Position numbers and translations under genes: made by a program
In this document: piece by piece, positions 10,521 to 19,482 of the stretch
Numbering within the stretch: the first letter of the stretch is position 1
Layout: every line of letters begins with the position of its first letter
Notes under the pieces: model-generated
What the model saw: only the letters and a program-made list of their open reading frames with translations
Told to the model about the DNA's origin: nothing
The model's database searches: none
Assembly: GCA_018970485.1 (NCBI GenBank)
Contig: JAGWWH010000001.1
Coordinates: 79,951-143,950, forward strand
DNA length: 64,000 bases
Source of the DNA: Pseudomonadota bacterium
GTDB lineage: Bacteria > Pseudomonadota > Alphaproteobacteria > Rickettsiales > UBA1997
Direction of reading: 5' to 3'

Positions 10521-12440
10521 CTAGTTAAGAATGCCGATTTGTTTGAACGAAGAAATCAGGAAGAAAGAAATCACAATCACTCCAATCACCATCCAAAATG
10601 AGTAACTAAAAATGTAACCAGTTTGCAACTTAGAAACACGGCTGGAAGCAATTCTACAAAGCGTAGCGGCACCATTCGGAAGACCATCAACAAATTTCAC
10701 ATCAATAATTCTCCACAAAAAATTGCCGATTTTTTTGGTCGGACTAACGAAGGCAACTTGGTAAATTTCGTCGAAGTACCACTTGTTAAGAGACAGCTTG
10801 TAGAGAGGCTTCAGGGCATTCGCCAATTTTTTTGGCAGATTAGTTTTAACCAAGTAAAAAACGTAAGCCAAAGCGATCGCAACAACACCAACAAGGAGCG
10901 GAGAGATTTTAACCAAAAACGGAGAATGATGAATTTCTTCCAGCAATTCTAAATTTTGCGAAATCACGCCAGCGAAGAAATTTTCTTCGGCTGAAACCAT
11001 GTGAAAAACTTTTGCGCCGAGCATCCCGGCAAATATTGATCCAATCGCCAAAACAAAAAGCGGGATCAACATTGAAAGAGGAGATTCATGAGCGTGATCA
11101 AACGTGTGTTTGTCCGCACGAGTCTTGCCGTGGAAAGTCAAAAACAGCAATCTCCAAGAATAGAAAGCGGTCAGAAATGCCGCGGTGATTCCCATTGCGT
11201 AAGCCAATTTTCCGAAGTGTGAGTGCGACATGAAAGCAGCTTCAAGAATCACATCTTTTGAGTAGAATCCGGCGAATGGTGGAAAGCCAGCAAGAGCAAG
11301 AGAGCCAATCCAAAACATTGCGTAAGTGATTGGAATTTTTCTCCACAAGCCGCCCATTTTTTGAATGTCTTGCTCGTGATGCATTGCGTGAATCACAGAA
11401 CCCGCACCGAGGAACAACAAAGCTTTGAAGAAAGCGTGGGTTGCTAAGTGAAAGATCGCCGCCGAGTAAGCAGAAACTCCGCAAGCAAAAAACATGTAAC
11501 CAAGTTGCGAGCAAGTTGAGTAGGCGATGATTTTTTTGATGTCGTTTTGCGTGAGAGCGATTGTCGCTGCAAATAGTGCTGTCGTGGCACCAACCAATGT
11601 CACAACCGTCAAAGCGATTTCAGAAAGTTCAAAAAGCGGTGAACAGCGCGCAACTAAAAACACGCCAGCGGTCACCATCGTAGCCGCGTGAATCAAGGCA
11701 GAAACCGGAGTTGGACCTTCCATCGCATCAGCAAGCCAAACGTGTAATCCGATTTGCGCCGACTTACCCATCGCACCGATGAAAAGCAAAATGCAGATCC
11801 AATCAAGCGTGCCAGATTTAGTCGCCACTGCAAAAACTTTAGAAAACTCAACAGAGCCGAAAGTCATGTAAATCAAGGCGATGGCAAGTATCAAACCAAA
11901 ATCACCAACGCGATTTGCAACGAAAGCTTTGATCGCCGCGGCGTTAGCAGATTGTTTTTTGAACCAGAATCCAATCAGCAAGTAAGAAGCAACACCAACA
12001 CCTTCCCAACCAAAGAAAAGCTGCACGAAATTGTCGGCAGTAACCAAAGCCAACATGAAAAAAGTGAAGAGCGAAAGGTAAGACATGAAACGCGCGATCG
12101 ACTCGTCTTCATGCATGTAGCCGATTGAGTAGATGTGAACTAAACTCGAAACGAAGGTGACAACAACGAGCATGATTGCCGTAAGAGAATCAAGCTTCAG
12201 CGACCAATTAGCGACAAAATCTCCGGAAGAAATCCAGTTAATCAGGACAACATTTGTGTTAATTTTGTTTTGGTAAACATCAGCAAAAGTAAGAGCAGCG
12301 CAGATCGCGGAGGTAAGAAGCAAAGCGGTCGAAAAATATTCCGCGAATTTGTCAGAAAATTTTTTCTCAACAATTCGCGAGAAAATTCCGGAAAACAAAA
12401 AACCAAAAAGAGGTAGGAAAACCGTTAGTTTGAGAAGCAT
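10521..12440 (-). CDS. nuoL: NADH-quinone oxidoreductase subunit L (proton-pumping antiporter-like subunit)
   Basis: 639 aa polytopic. Conserved segments FFGWEGVGVASYLLIGFW, GAMGKSAQIGLHVWLADAMEGPTPVSALIHAATMV. The long C-terminal extension is consistent with NuoL rather than NuoM/N. No other nuo genes flank it. Confidence 0.85.
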   Translation of the reverse strand: MLLKLTVFLPLFGFLFSGIFSRIVEKKFSDKFAEYFSTALLLTSAICAALTFADVYQNKINTNVVLINWISSGDFVANWSLKLDSLTAIMLVVVTFVSSLVHIYSIGYMHEDESIARFMSYLSLFTFFMLALVTADNFVQLFFGWEGVGVASYLLIGFWFKKQSANAAAIKAFVANRVGDFGLILAIALIYMTFGSVEFSKVFAVATKSGTLDWICILLFIGAMGKSAQIGLHVWLADAMEGPTPVSALIHAATMVTAGVFLVARCSPLFELSEIALTVVTLVGATTALFAATIALTQNDIKKIIAYSTCSQLGYMFFACGVSAYSAAIFHLATHAFFKALLFLGAGSVIHAMHHEQDIQKMGGLWRKIPITYAMFWIGSLALAGFPPFAGFYSKDVILEAAFMSHSHFGKLAYAMGITAAFLTAFYSWRLLFLTFHGKTRADKHTFDHAHESPLSMLIPLFVLAIGSIFAGMLGAKVFHMVSAEENFFAGVISQNLELLEEIHHSPFLVKISPLLVGVVAIALAYVFYLVKTNLPKKLANALKPLYKLSLNKWYFDEIYQVAFVSPTKKIGNFLWRIIDVKFVDGLPNGAATLCRIASSRVSKLQTGYIFSYSFWMVIGVIVISFFLISSFKQIGILN

Positions 12441-12532
12441 GATTTATTCTAAAATGAGGAGAGAAAATTGAGGCGCGAAAAATTGTGAAAGGAAAGAAAG
12501 AAGCAAAGAATTTTTGAACTCGATTTTTAACT

Positions 12533-12615
12533 CGTCATCCCCGCGCAGGCGGGGATCCAGAAAAAGTCCAACACCTGGCAAAACCTCCTGGATCCCCGCC
12601 TGCGCGGGGATGACG
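12533..12615. repeat. palindromic element, family B (cgtcatccccgcgcaggcggggatccag ... ctggatccccgcctgcgcggggatgacg)
   Basis: 28-nt arms that are perfect reverse complements, separated by a 27-nt spacer. Lies in the nuoL-dnaJ intergenic region. Related copies at 14028..14113, 39988..40016 and 44792..44839. Confidence 0.9.
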
Positions 12616-12628
12616 TGACTAGTAACAT

Positions 12629-13759
12629 CTAGCCAAAAAAATCGCCGACTTTTTTAAAAAAACTTTCTGACTTCGGATTGCTTGATTTGTTCTGCATCAA
12701 CTTATCCAACTTCATCAACAAGTCACGCTCGTCACTCGAAAGTTTTACCGGAGTTTCAATGTTGATTTTCACATACATGTCGCCCCTACGGCCACCTGAG
12801 TTGATGACGCTCATTCCCTTCGACTTCAAACGCAATTGATCACCATTTTGCGAACCTTCATTGATCTGTAATTTAGCCTTCGTGCCGTCAATTGTTGGGA
12901 TCTCCATCGAGCCGCCGAGCGCTGCAGTTGTAAACTTGATCGGCATTTCAAAGTAAATGTCGTCGCCTTTGCGCGTGAAGAATTGGTGCTTACGAATTGA
13001 AATGTAGACGTAGAGATCTCCTGCTTTACCACCACGAGCCCCCGCCTCACCTTCTCCCGAGAGTCGAATACGATTTTCATCTTCAACACCCGCAGGAATT
13101 TTAACGGAAAGAGTTTTTTCTTTATTAACTCGACCTTCTCCACGACAGGTTTTACAAGGATTTTTGATCACTTGTCCGGTTCCACTGCAAGTTGTACAAG
13201 CTCTCTCGACAATAAAAAAACCTTGCTGAGCACGAATTTTGCCTTGGCCTTTGCAAGTTGCGCAGGTCTCTAAACTCTCTCCTCCCTTACCTCCACAAGG
13301 CTCGCAAACTGATGGAATCGTGAATGAAATTTTTTGCGTCACCCCGTTAAAAGCTTCTTCGAGTGAGATTTCTAAATTGTAGCGAACGTCACTGCCGCGA
13401 GGTGATGTGCTTCTTTTTTTGGTTTGACGTCCGCCGCCAAAATCACCAAAAATATCTGAAAAATTACTGAAAATATCGTTAAAATCGAAACCTTCTGCAC
13501 CTTGTCCAAAGCCATGTCCACCGCCCCCACCTTGTCCAAAAGCATCGTGACCATATTGATCATAAGCCGCTCTTTTTTGATCATCGCGCAAATTTTCGTA
13601 GGCCTCTGTCGCTTCTTTAAATTTCTTTTCTGCTTCTTTGTTGCCGGGATTGCGATCGGGATGGTGTTGCATCGCCAACTTGCGGTAAGCCTTTTTTATT
13701 TCGTCAGCCGTCGCTCTTTTACCGACGCCAAGAATTTCGTAAAAATCACGTTTGGACAT
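12629..13759 (-). CDS. dnaJ: molecular chaperone DnaJ
   Basis: 376 aa. J-domain with HPD ([10 protein letters not shown]), G/F-rich region, four zinc-finger CxxCxGxG repeats ([32 protein letters not shown]). No dnaK is adjacent. Confidence 0.95.
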   Translation of the reverse strand: MSKRDFYEILGVGKRATADEIKKAYRKLAMQHHPDRNPGNKEAEKKFKEATEAYENLRDDQKRAAYDQYGHDAFGQGGGGGHGFGQGAEGFDFNDIFSNFSDIFGDFGGGRQTKKRSTSPRGSDVRYNLEISLEEAFNGVTQKISFTIPSVCEPCGGKGGESLETCATCKGQGKIRAQQGFFIVERACTTCSGTGQVIKNPCKTCRGEGRVNKEKTLSVKIPAGVEDENRIRLSGEGEAGARGGKAGDLYVYISIRKHQFFTRKGDDIYFEMPIKFTTAALGGSMEIPTIDGTKAKLQINEGSQNGDQLRLKSKGMSVINSGGRRGDMYVKINIETPVKLSSDERDLLMKLDKLMQNKSSNPKSESFFKKVGDFFG

Positions 13760-13788
13760 TTTTTAATGAGAAGTGGATTGAATTAGAT

Positions 13789-13850
13789 CATGCCTCGACA
13801 AGCTCAGCACGACAGCGCGGTGTCACTCTCAGCTTGTCGAAGAGTGAGTG
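13789..13850. repeat. palindromic element, family A (cgacaagctcag / ctcagcttgtcgaag core)
   Basis: Inverted repeat ctcgacaagctcagcacgac ... gtcactctcagcttgtcgaag. Same core as the copies at 24324..24391, 44383..44450, 48662..48688 and 28823..28873. Confidence 0.8.
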
Positions 13851-13914
13851 CAACAGGGGCGTCTAAATAATTTCCAAACTTCCTTTTACAAGCTGTGGTT
13901 CAAAACATCGTGCC

Positions 13915-14190
13915 CACTCTTCTCTGGTCATCCTTCTGCTTCTCTAATCACTCCTGGACTTTCCCTTAGTCTCCACGCCCCTTCTCTACCCATCCCCGAC
14001 CTTTCCTAGTCTCTCCGCCCTTTCCTAGTCATCCCCGCGCAGGCTGGGATCCAGAACAACGCGCTTCCAGAAAACAACTAACCCTCCTGGATTCCCGCCT
14101 ACGCGGGAATGACGGAGAAGGGAGTGAGGGAGAAGGGAATGAGGGAGGAAAGAACGACGCGGGAATGACGGAGAAGGGAAAAAAGAATGG
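13915..14190. repeat. composite long imperfect palindrome: polypyrimidine arm, family B core, polypurine arm
   Basis: The left arm is a CT-rich run (ctcttctctggtcatccttctgcttctc...ccctttcctagtc). The core is gtcatccccgcgcaggctgggatccag ... ctggattcccgcctacgcgggaatgac (14028..14113). The right arm is GA-rich (ggagaagggagtgagggagaagggaatgagggaggaaag) followed by a second gcgggaatgacggagaaggg. Confidence 0.8.
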
Positions 14191-14197
14191 GGATTAA

Positions 14198-15700
14198 TCA
14201 GTAACGACCTTTCGCGCCAACATCTGCAGCAGGAATTTTCGAATTGTTTTCAACCGAACTAATTGCATCACTCACCCCACTTTCCACAAACTCTTTCGCC
14301 ACGATTTGAGTCGCGACCACCGGCAGTTCGGAATCAATCATTTCTCTTCTGTTAAACTCGCCAGAAATAGGATCTCGATACTTTGCAAGAACTGGTGCCG
14401 CTCTTTGCTCACAAACTTCTTTTTGAGATTGGCCAACAAAAACCTCGCCTCTTTCGACTCCCCATTTTTTTCCAACTTCACCAGTTAAATTTTCTTGCGC
14501 GCACATGTCGATTACGGCGTGATTTGTTTTGGCGTCAAAACGTAAAAACGAAGCGTAACCAAAAGTTCCGCCGCCTTTTTTGTAGCACGCCAACTCGCCC
14601 TCTGGAGTTTTTTCAGCAACAAAACCCGGCAGCTGAAAATCTTGATTCCCATTATCTTTGTTGACTCCGCACACAGGAAATTTGTCGCCTTCTGCTTTCA
14701 TTTTCTGAATCGTTTCTTTGGAGAAAAATTTGTTTTCGACATCGGCTTCTCCAGAAAATCCCTTAAAAAATTCAGCGAAAAATCTTTCTGAATCGTCTGC
14801 GGAAGACAAAATTCCGCCGGCCGCATTGGCTCCAGAAAATTGAGTTGCGTCAACCAATCTTCCATTCTCAAGCCAAGAACTACGGGCTACGTCGTCAGTT
14901 TTTTCTAAATCTTTCGGAAATTTTGTTTGATTGAATGGCTCCAGGCCTTCTCTAAATGCTCGACCCTCCGCCGGATGAAGCATGTAGTCGCGAGTTAGCT
15001 GCTTGTAGTCTTTGATTTCCTTTTCGCCGGTTGGATTTTTTTTCGCGTCGTAGGAGGCTTCCATCGCCAGGCCAAGTAACACGTAGCCCAAATTGCTGTA
15101 CTGATGTGCGCCGTACTTTGCGTCAGGAAGATCTTCGTCTGGAGTTTGCGGACTACTTTGCGCTCTCGGCTTGCCGAAACTATCTCTTGGAATGCCCCGA
15201 TGCTCTTCTGGAATTAGTAGCAAATCAGGAACAGAAAATTCTCGCTCGACTCCTTCCGCCTTCGTCAAACGCGCCTGATCTCTGGTTAGATCTCCAACTC
15301 CACTGCGATGAGTTGTGAGGTCAGCAAGTGTTGCCTGAGCTGAATCTCCAGAAAATAATTTTCCGATTTCAGTTTGCAGCGTCTCGCCTTGGCCCGGGTA
15401 TTTTTTTTCGAAAAATTTTCCGACTCCTTCACTCGCAAAAAATTCTCCTGCTGGAGTTTGCAGATCCATCACCCCTTCTTCATCCAACATGTAAGCCAAT
15501 CCGGCGTAACGAACTTTGCCGATTGAACCTTCGCAAAACATGGTCGAGCCAGTGACTTTTTCCGGCGTGGATTTTGTAAAATCCTTCTCGCCAGCTGAAT
15601 CAAGCTCACTTCCCGCTTTTCTCACAGCAGCAAAATTTGTTACTGTTGAGCCGAATGGACCGGGATTTGCTTTGTTGATTACTTTATCTTTTAGAGGCAT
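14198..15700 (-). CDS. serine hydrolase, beta-lactamase/PBP (class C-like) fold
   Basis: 500 aa. SxxK motif in EGSIGKVRY, YxN motif in HQYSNLGYVLLG, KxG-like KKGGGTFGY. No obvious N-terminal signal peptide. Confidence 0.7.
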   Translation of the reverse strand: MPLKDKVINKANPGPFGSTVTNFAAVRKAGSELDSAGEKDFTKSTPEKVTGSTMFCEGSIGKVRYAGLAYMLDEEGVMDLQTPAGEFFASEGVGKFFEKKYPGQGETLQTEIGKLFSGDSAQATLADLTTHRSGVGDLTRDQARLTKAEGVEREFSVPDLLLIPEEHRGIPRDSFGKPRAQSSPQTPDEDLPDAKYGAHQYSNLGYVLLGLAMEASYDAKKNPTGEKEIKDYKQLTRDYMLHPAEGRAFREGLEPFNQTKFPKDLEKTDDVARSSWLENGRLVDATQFSGANAAGGILSSADDSERFFAEFFKGFSGEADVENKFFSKETIQKMKAEGDKFPVCGVNKDNGNQDFQLPGFVAEKTPEGELACYKKGGGTFGYASFLRFDAKTNHAVIDMCAQENLTGEVGKKWGVERGEVFVGQSQKEVCEQRAAPVLAKYRDPISGEFNRREMIDSELPVVATQIVAKEFVESGVSDAISSVENNSKIPAADVGAKGRY

Positions 15701-15735
15701 GTCGATTCCTTAACGTTTAAGTAAGTTTGTAGAAA

Positions 15736-16263
15736 TTAGATCTTTTTGCCCAAAATTTTCTTAGTCACTTTTGGGTAAGAACCGCGTTCATCGAGCCAAA
15801 TATCAACAAAAAGACGCGCTAATTTTTGATCAGAAATTTTGCCGTTGAGCTTGCCGTTGTAGAACATTTCAACGCCTTGATTGGGAGTAAAAATCGCAAC
15901 TTTTTCATCGCCTTTTTTTACTGAGCTGAAAATTTTTTTTAGTTCCGCCAAAAAATTTTCTTTGTCTTGAGCGCTTAAAACATGAAGCCGCTCGATTTCT
16001 TCAATCGATTTTTTTGCTAGATCTTCTTTAGAAAAATTCATGTTGTAGCGAATTTGAATGGCGAATTTTTTGTCGTAAGAAAATTTTTGCGCCTCCGACC
16101 ACAAAGCGAGGTGATAAACTTTTAAGCCCAAAAAATTCAAATCAGAATCGCCAATTAAATAAGCCGGCTCAAGGTTTTGCGAAACTGTTGACGACATTTC
16201 CGCCGCCTGAATTTGCGCCGCAAAAAACCAAAAAAACAAAAAGCTGTAGCGGATTTTTTTCAT
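15736..16263 (-). CDS. chalcone-isomerase-like protein with signal peptide
   Basis: 175 aa. Signal peptide MKKIRYSFLFFWFFAAQIQA. FLGLKVYHLALWSE-type segment. Last gene of the CFA-synthase-like cluster, 0-nt gap to the upstream gene. Confidence 0.6.
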   Translation of the reverse strand: MKKIRYSFLFFWFFAAQIQAAEMSSTVSQNLEPAYLIGDSDLNFLGLKVYHLALWSEAQKFSYDKKFAIQIRYNMNFSKEDLAKKSIEEIERLHVLSAQDKENFLAELKKIFSSVKKGDEKVAIFTPNQGVEMFYNGKLNGKISDQKLARLFVDIWLDERGSYPKVTKKILGKKI

Positions 16264-17424
16264 CTAAATTTTTTCTAATTCAAATTGCACAACATCGGTT
16301 CTTTTGGCGTTAAAACCCGCGGCGCAGTAGCACAAATAAAAGCGCCATTTGCGGATAAATTCTTCAGAAAATCCTAAAGATTTAATCTCGTTATATTTTT
16401 GATCAAAGCGCTCGAGCCAGATCAATAGAGTTTTGGCGTAATCAAGACCAAAAGCAGTTTCGCTTTTTAAGGAAAAGCCACTTTCTTGCGCAAGCTTACG
16501 AATCGCGGTTTTTGAGGGTAAAAATCCACCCGGAAAAATATGTTTTTGAATGAAATCGACACGATTGACGTAATCTTTAAAAACCTGTTCATCGATTGTG
16601 ATAATTTGCAAAACCGCTTTGCCGCCTTGTTTCAAGGCTCTACTGACAACCTGAAAATATTGGCTCCAATATTCTTTTCCTACCGCTTCGAACATTTCGA
16701 TTGAAACCACATTGTCGTAAATGCCTTTTTCTTCGCGATAATCTTGCAGCTTAATATTTACGGCATTTTGCGCATTGATTTTAGCCATTCGCTCCAAAGC
16801 AAAAACGCGCTGTTTGGGCGAGATTGTCAGGCAAGTTAGCTGATGATTTTTCTGTACCGCTTCTGCCGCAAATCCACCCCAGCCACAGCCAATTTCTAGG
16901 ATCGATCCCGAGTTTAATTTTTCTAAAATATTGTGATATTTTTTGTGTTGCGCCGTTGCCAAATCGCAATTTTTTCCGTCAAAAAGAGCGCTGGAATAAG
17001 TCATGGTTTCATCAAGCCAGAGCTGGTAGAAATCGTTTCCTAAGTCGTAATGAGCTTCGATGTTTTTCTTACTTCCTTTCTTGGTATTTTTCGTGAGCAA
17101 ACTTTTAATAAAAAGCATGAAAGCCTGAAATTTTCTAGCGTGAAAAAATTCTTCTAAGGCATGCGAATTGAGAGTGAAAAAAGTAAGCAATTCTGCCAAG
17201 TCGTTGCTGTCCCACAAATTTTGCATGTAGCCTTCGCCAAGCGCAACGTCGCCGCCGGTAATTACCGAATCGATGAAGTTATAATCTTTGATTTCCATTT
17301 CGGCATTAACGCCAGAAATTTTTCCGTAAAATTCTTTTGTTTGTCCGTCTGGAAGTTTGATTTTTAAGGATCCGCAGCTGATGCCACTTAAAGCCTGCCA
17401 GATAAAGTCGTAATTTTTATTCAT
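16264..17424 (-). CDS. cyclopropane-fatty-acyl-phospholipid synthase-like SAM-dependent methyltransferase
   Basis: 386 aa. AHYDLGNDFYQLWLDETMTYSSALF and SAM motif ILEIGCGWGGFA are typical of the CFA/mycolic acid methyltransferase family. Confidence 0.88.
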   Translation of the reverse strand: MNKNYDFIWQALSGISCGSLKIKLPDGQTKEFYGKISGVNAEMEIKDYNFIDSVITGGDVALGEGYMQNLWDSNDLAELLTFFTLNSHALEEFFHARKFQAFMLFIKSLLTKNTKKGSKKNIEAHYDLGNDFYQLWLDETMTYSSALFDGKNCDLATAQHKKYHNILEKLNSGSILEIGCGWGGFAAEAVQKNHQLTCLTISPKQRVFALERMAKINAQNAVNIKLQDYREEKGIYDNVVSIEMFEAVGKEYWSQYFQVVSRALKQGGKAVLQIITIDEQVFKDYVNRVDFIQKHIFPGGFLPSKTAIRKLAQESGFSLKSETAFGLDYAKTLLIWLERFDQKYNEIKSLGFSEEFIRKWRFYLCYCAAGFNAKRTDVVQFELEKI

Positions 17425-18220
17425 GATTTGAGGTAAGATTATGCGCCAATTTTTTTGGCTTTGGAACGTATTTAATTTTTTTCAGCAAAATCTTTATTGC
17501 TTGCCAATGAATCAAAAAAGTGACCTTAAAAGTCATCAAAGGAATTGCGAAAAAAGCCTTGATTAGAGAGGCGTCAGAGAGTTTTTCTTTGCGACAAACA
17601 ACATTGGTTAGTAAAGATTTTTGTACACCTTCATCAAAGTAATCAATCCAAGCTGCGATATTTTTTTGATTAAAAACAAAGCGAAATTTGTAAGCGCCGC
17701 GCACATGAAAAAATGGCGAAACGTGAAATTCTTTTTTGGCATCAAACCATTGATTTTCCTCAATTGGCGAATGATCGGAATTAAAAATTAAATAATTGTG
17801 ATTTTCGCCAAAAGTGTTTTTCACCTCGCACAAAACCGCGATCAAATTTTCTGCTTCATCCAAACAAAACCAAAAACTGACTGGGCTGAAGACGTAGTTC
17901 AAAACGCGCGGGTAAGTTAGTAAAAAAATTTTCTTAACTTTTTTTTCTAAATTTTTGCTGTGAAGAATTTCTCTAATCCAAGTCTCAAGACTTGATCCAT
18001 CTCGCTTGCCGTGATCACGATCGTAAAAAGAAAATAAATTGAAGCGATTCAGCGACAAAAATTTCGAAGCAATTTTTTGTTTTTTTGCGATGTCAAAACA
18101 CAAATAAAAAACTCGGTAGACGAACTGATTTACTACCGGTTTTAATCTTTTGTGAGTGACGATTGCGGGGCAAAAAAAGACATCTGATTTTAGAATTCGC
18201 GACGGCGCCATTACTGCCAT
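17417..18220 (-). CDS. DUF1365 family protein
   Basis: 267 aa. N-terminal segment VTHKRLKPVVNQFVYRVFYLCFDI matches my memory of DUF1365. Overlaps both neighbours (8 and 10 nt). Confidence 0.7.
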   Translation of the reverse strand: MAVMAPSRILKSDVFFCPAIVTHKRLKPVVNQFVYRVFYLCFDIAKKQKIASKFLSLNRFNLFSFYDRDHGKRDGSSLETWIREILHSKNLEKKVKKIFLLTYPRVLNYVFSPVSFWFCLDEAENLIAVLCEVKNTFGENHNYLIFNSDHSPIEENQWFDAKKEFHVSPFFHVRGAYKFRFVFNQKNIAAWIDYFDEGVQKSLLTNVVCRKEKLSDASLIKAFFAIPLMTFKVTFLIHWQAIKILLKKIKYVPKPKKLAHNLTSNHE

Positions 18221-19479
18221 GGCGCAAAAACGTTGATTTTATTGATGGCAGCAAGCGCTGAAGAAATTCCATCTTCGTGAAAACCATATTTTTGGTAAGC
18301 GCCACAAAAGTAAATTTTATCAACTCCTTGAAGAGCTGAAATTTCTTCCTGAGCCTTTACAGCTTCTGAATCAAAGATCGGATGGTCGTAATTAAAACGC
18401 GCAAAAATTTTTTCTTCTAAGATTTTTTCTGACGGATTTAGCGTCACAAAAAGCGGATATTTTTGATCGATATTTTGCAGATTGTTCATCCAGTAAGTGA
18501 CAGAAATTTGCTGATTTTTGTTCTGGCTATTTTTGGCGTAAACCCAACTTGCCCAAGCTTTCTTTGACTTTGGCATTAATGAAGAATCGCGATGCAAAAC
18601 TGCTAAATTTGGCTGGTATTTGAAGTTAGAAAAAACTGCTTTTTCTTGCGGCGTTGGATTTTTTAGCGCACCTAAAACTTGATCGCCGTGACAAGCAAAA
18701 AAAACTGCATCGAAAAATTCTTCACCTTTTTTTGAACGCAGTAAAACCTTGTCCGCCAAGCGCTCAACGCTGATTACTTCATCATTTAGCGAGATTGATT
18801 CTGCACCAATTTTTGTGACAATTTTTTTGACATATTCTTTGGAGCCGCCCGCAACTGTGTACCATTGCGGCTGATTAGCCACCGTTAGCAATCCGTGATT
18901 TTTAAAAAAACGAACAAAACTTTGGGCGGGATAAGCCAACATCGTTTCAACTGGACAACTCCAGATGGCGCCTGACATCGGCAATAAATAAAATTCGCGA
19001 AAATAATCTTTAACACCCAAATCATCGAGCAGATTTTTTAGCGTGTAATTGACATCAAAATCGCGCGCCAAAATTTCTTCCGCTTTTTTATTGAAGCGCA
19101 TGATGTCGCTTAACATGCGCAAAAATTTTGGATTAAAAGCGTTTTTAAATTGAGCAAAAACTGAAGCTAAATTTGTGCCTGCATATTCAATTCGACCCCC
19201 GTCAATTTTGGCTGCAAAAGACATTTTGCTTTTGAGGCAAGTAACGTTCATCAACTCAAAAAAAGCTTTAAGATTGGGATAGGTTTGGTGGTTAAAAACG
19301 ATGAAACCGGTATCTACCGCAATTTTTTTGTCAGCGTAATTGACTTCAACAGTGTTGGAATGTCCGCCTAAATAATCGTTTTTTTCAAAAATTTTAATTT
19401 GATATTTTTCAGAGAGAAAATAGGCGCAAGATAGGCCAGATATGCCTGAACCGATGATTGCAATTTTTGGAAGATTCAT
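18211..19479 (-). CDS. FAD-dependent oxidoreductase (amine oxidase/desaturase-like)
   Basis: 422 aa. N-terminal dinucleotide-binding motif KIAIIGSGISGLSCAYFLSEKYQIKIFEKNDYLGGHSNT. Confidence 0.85.
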   Translation of the reverse strand: MNLPKIAIIGSGISGLSCAYFLSEKYQIKIFEKNDYLGGHSNTVEVNYADKKIAVDTGFIVFNHQTYPNLKAFFELMNVTCLKSKMSFAAKIDGGRIEYAGTNLASVFAQFKNAFNPKFLRMLSDIMRFNKKAEEILARDFDVNYTLKNLLDDLGVKDYFREFYLLPMSGAIWSCPVETMLAYPAQSFVRFFKNHGLLTVANQPQWYTVAGGSKEYVKKIVTKIGAESISLNDEVISVERLADKVLLRSKKGEEFFDAVFFACHGDQVLGALKNPTPQEKAVFSNFKYQPNLAVLHRDSSLMPKSKKAWASWVYAKNSQNKNQQISVTYWMNNLQNIDQKYPLFVTLNPSEKILEEKIFARFNYDHPIFDSEAVKAQEEISALQGVDKIYFCGAYQKYGFHEDGISSALAAINKINVFAPWQ

Positions 19480-19482
19480 TCT

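Noticed and set aside
12533-14190. Possible CRISPR array, considered because of the recurring ~28-nt palindromic sequences.
   Set aside because: The copies are inverted pairs, not direct repeats with regular unique spacers. They are dispersed singly over the whole window, and no cas genes are present.
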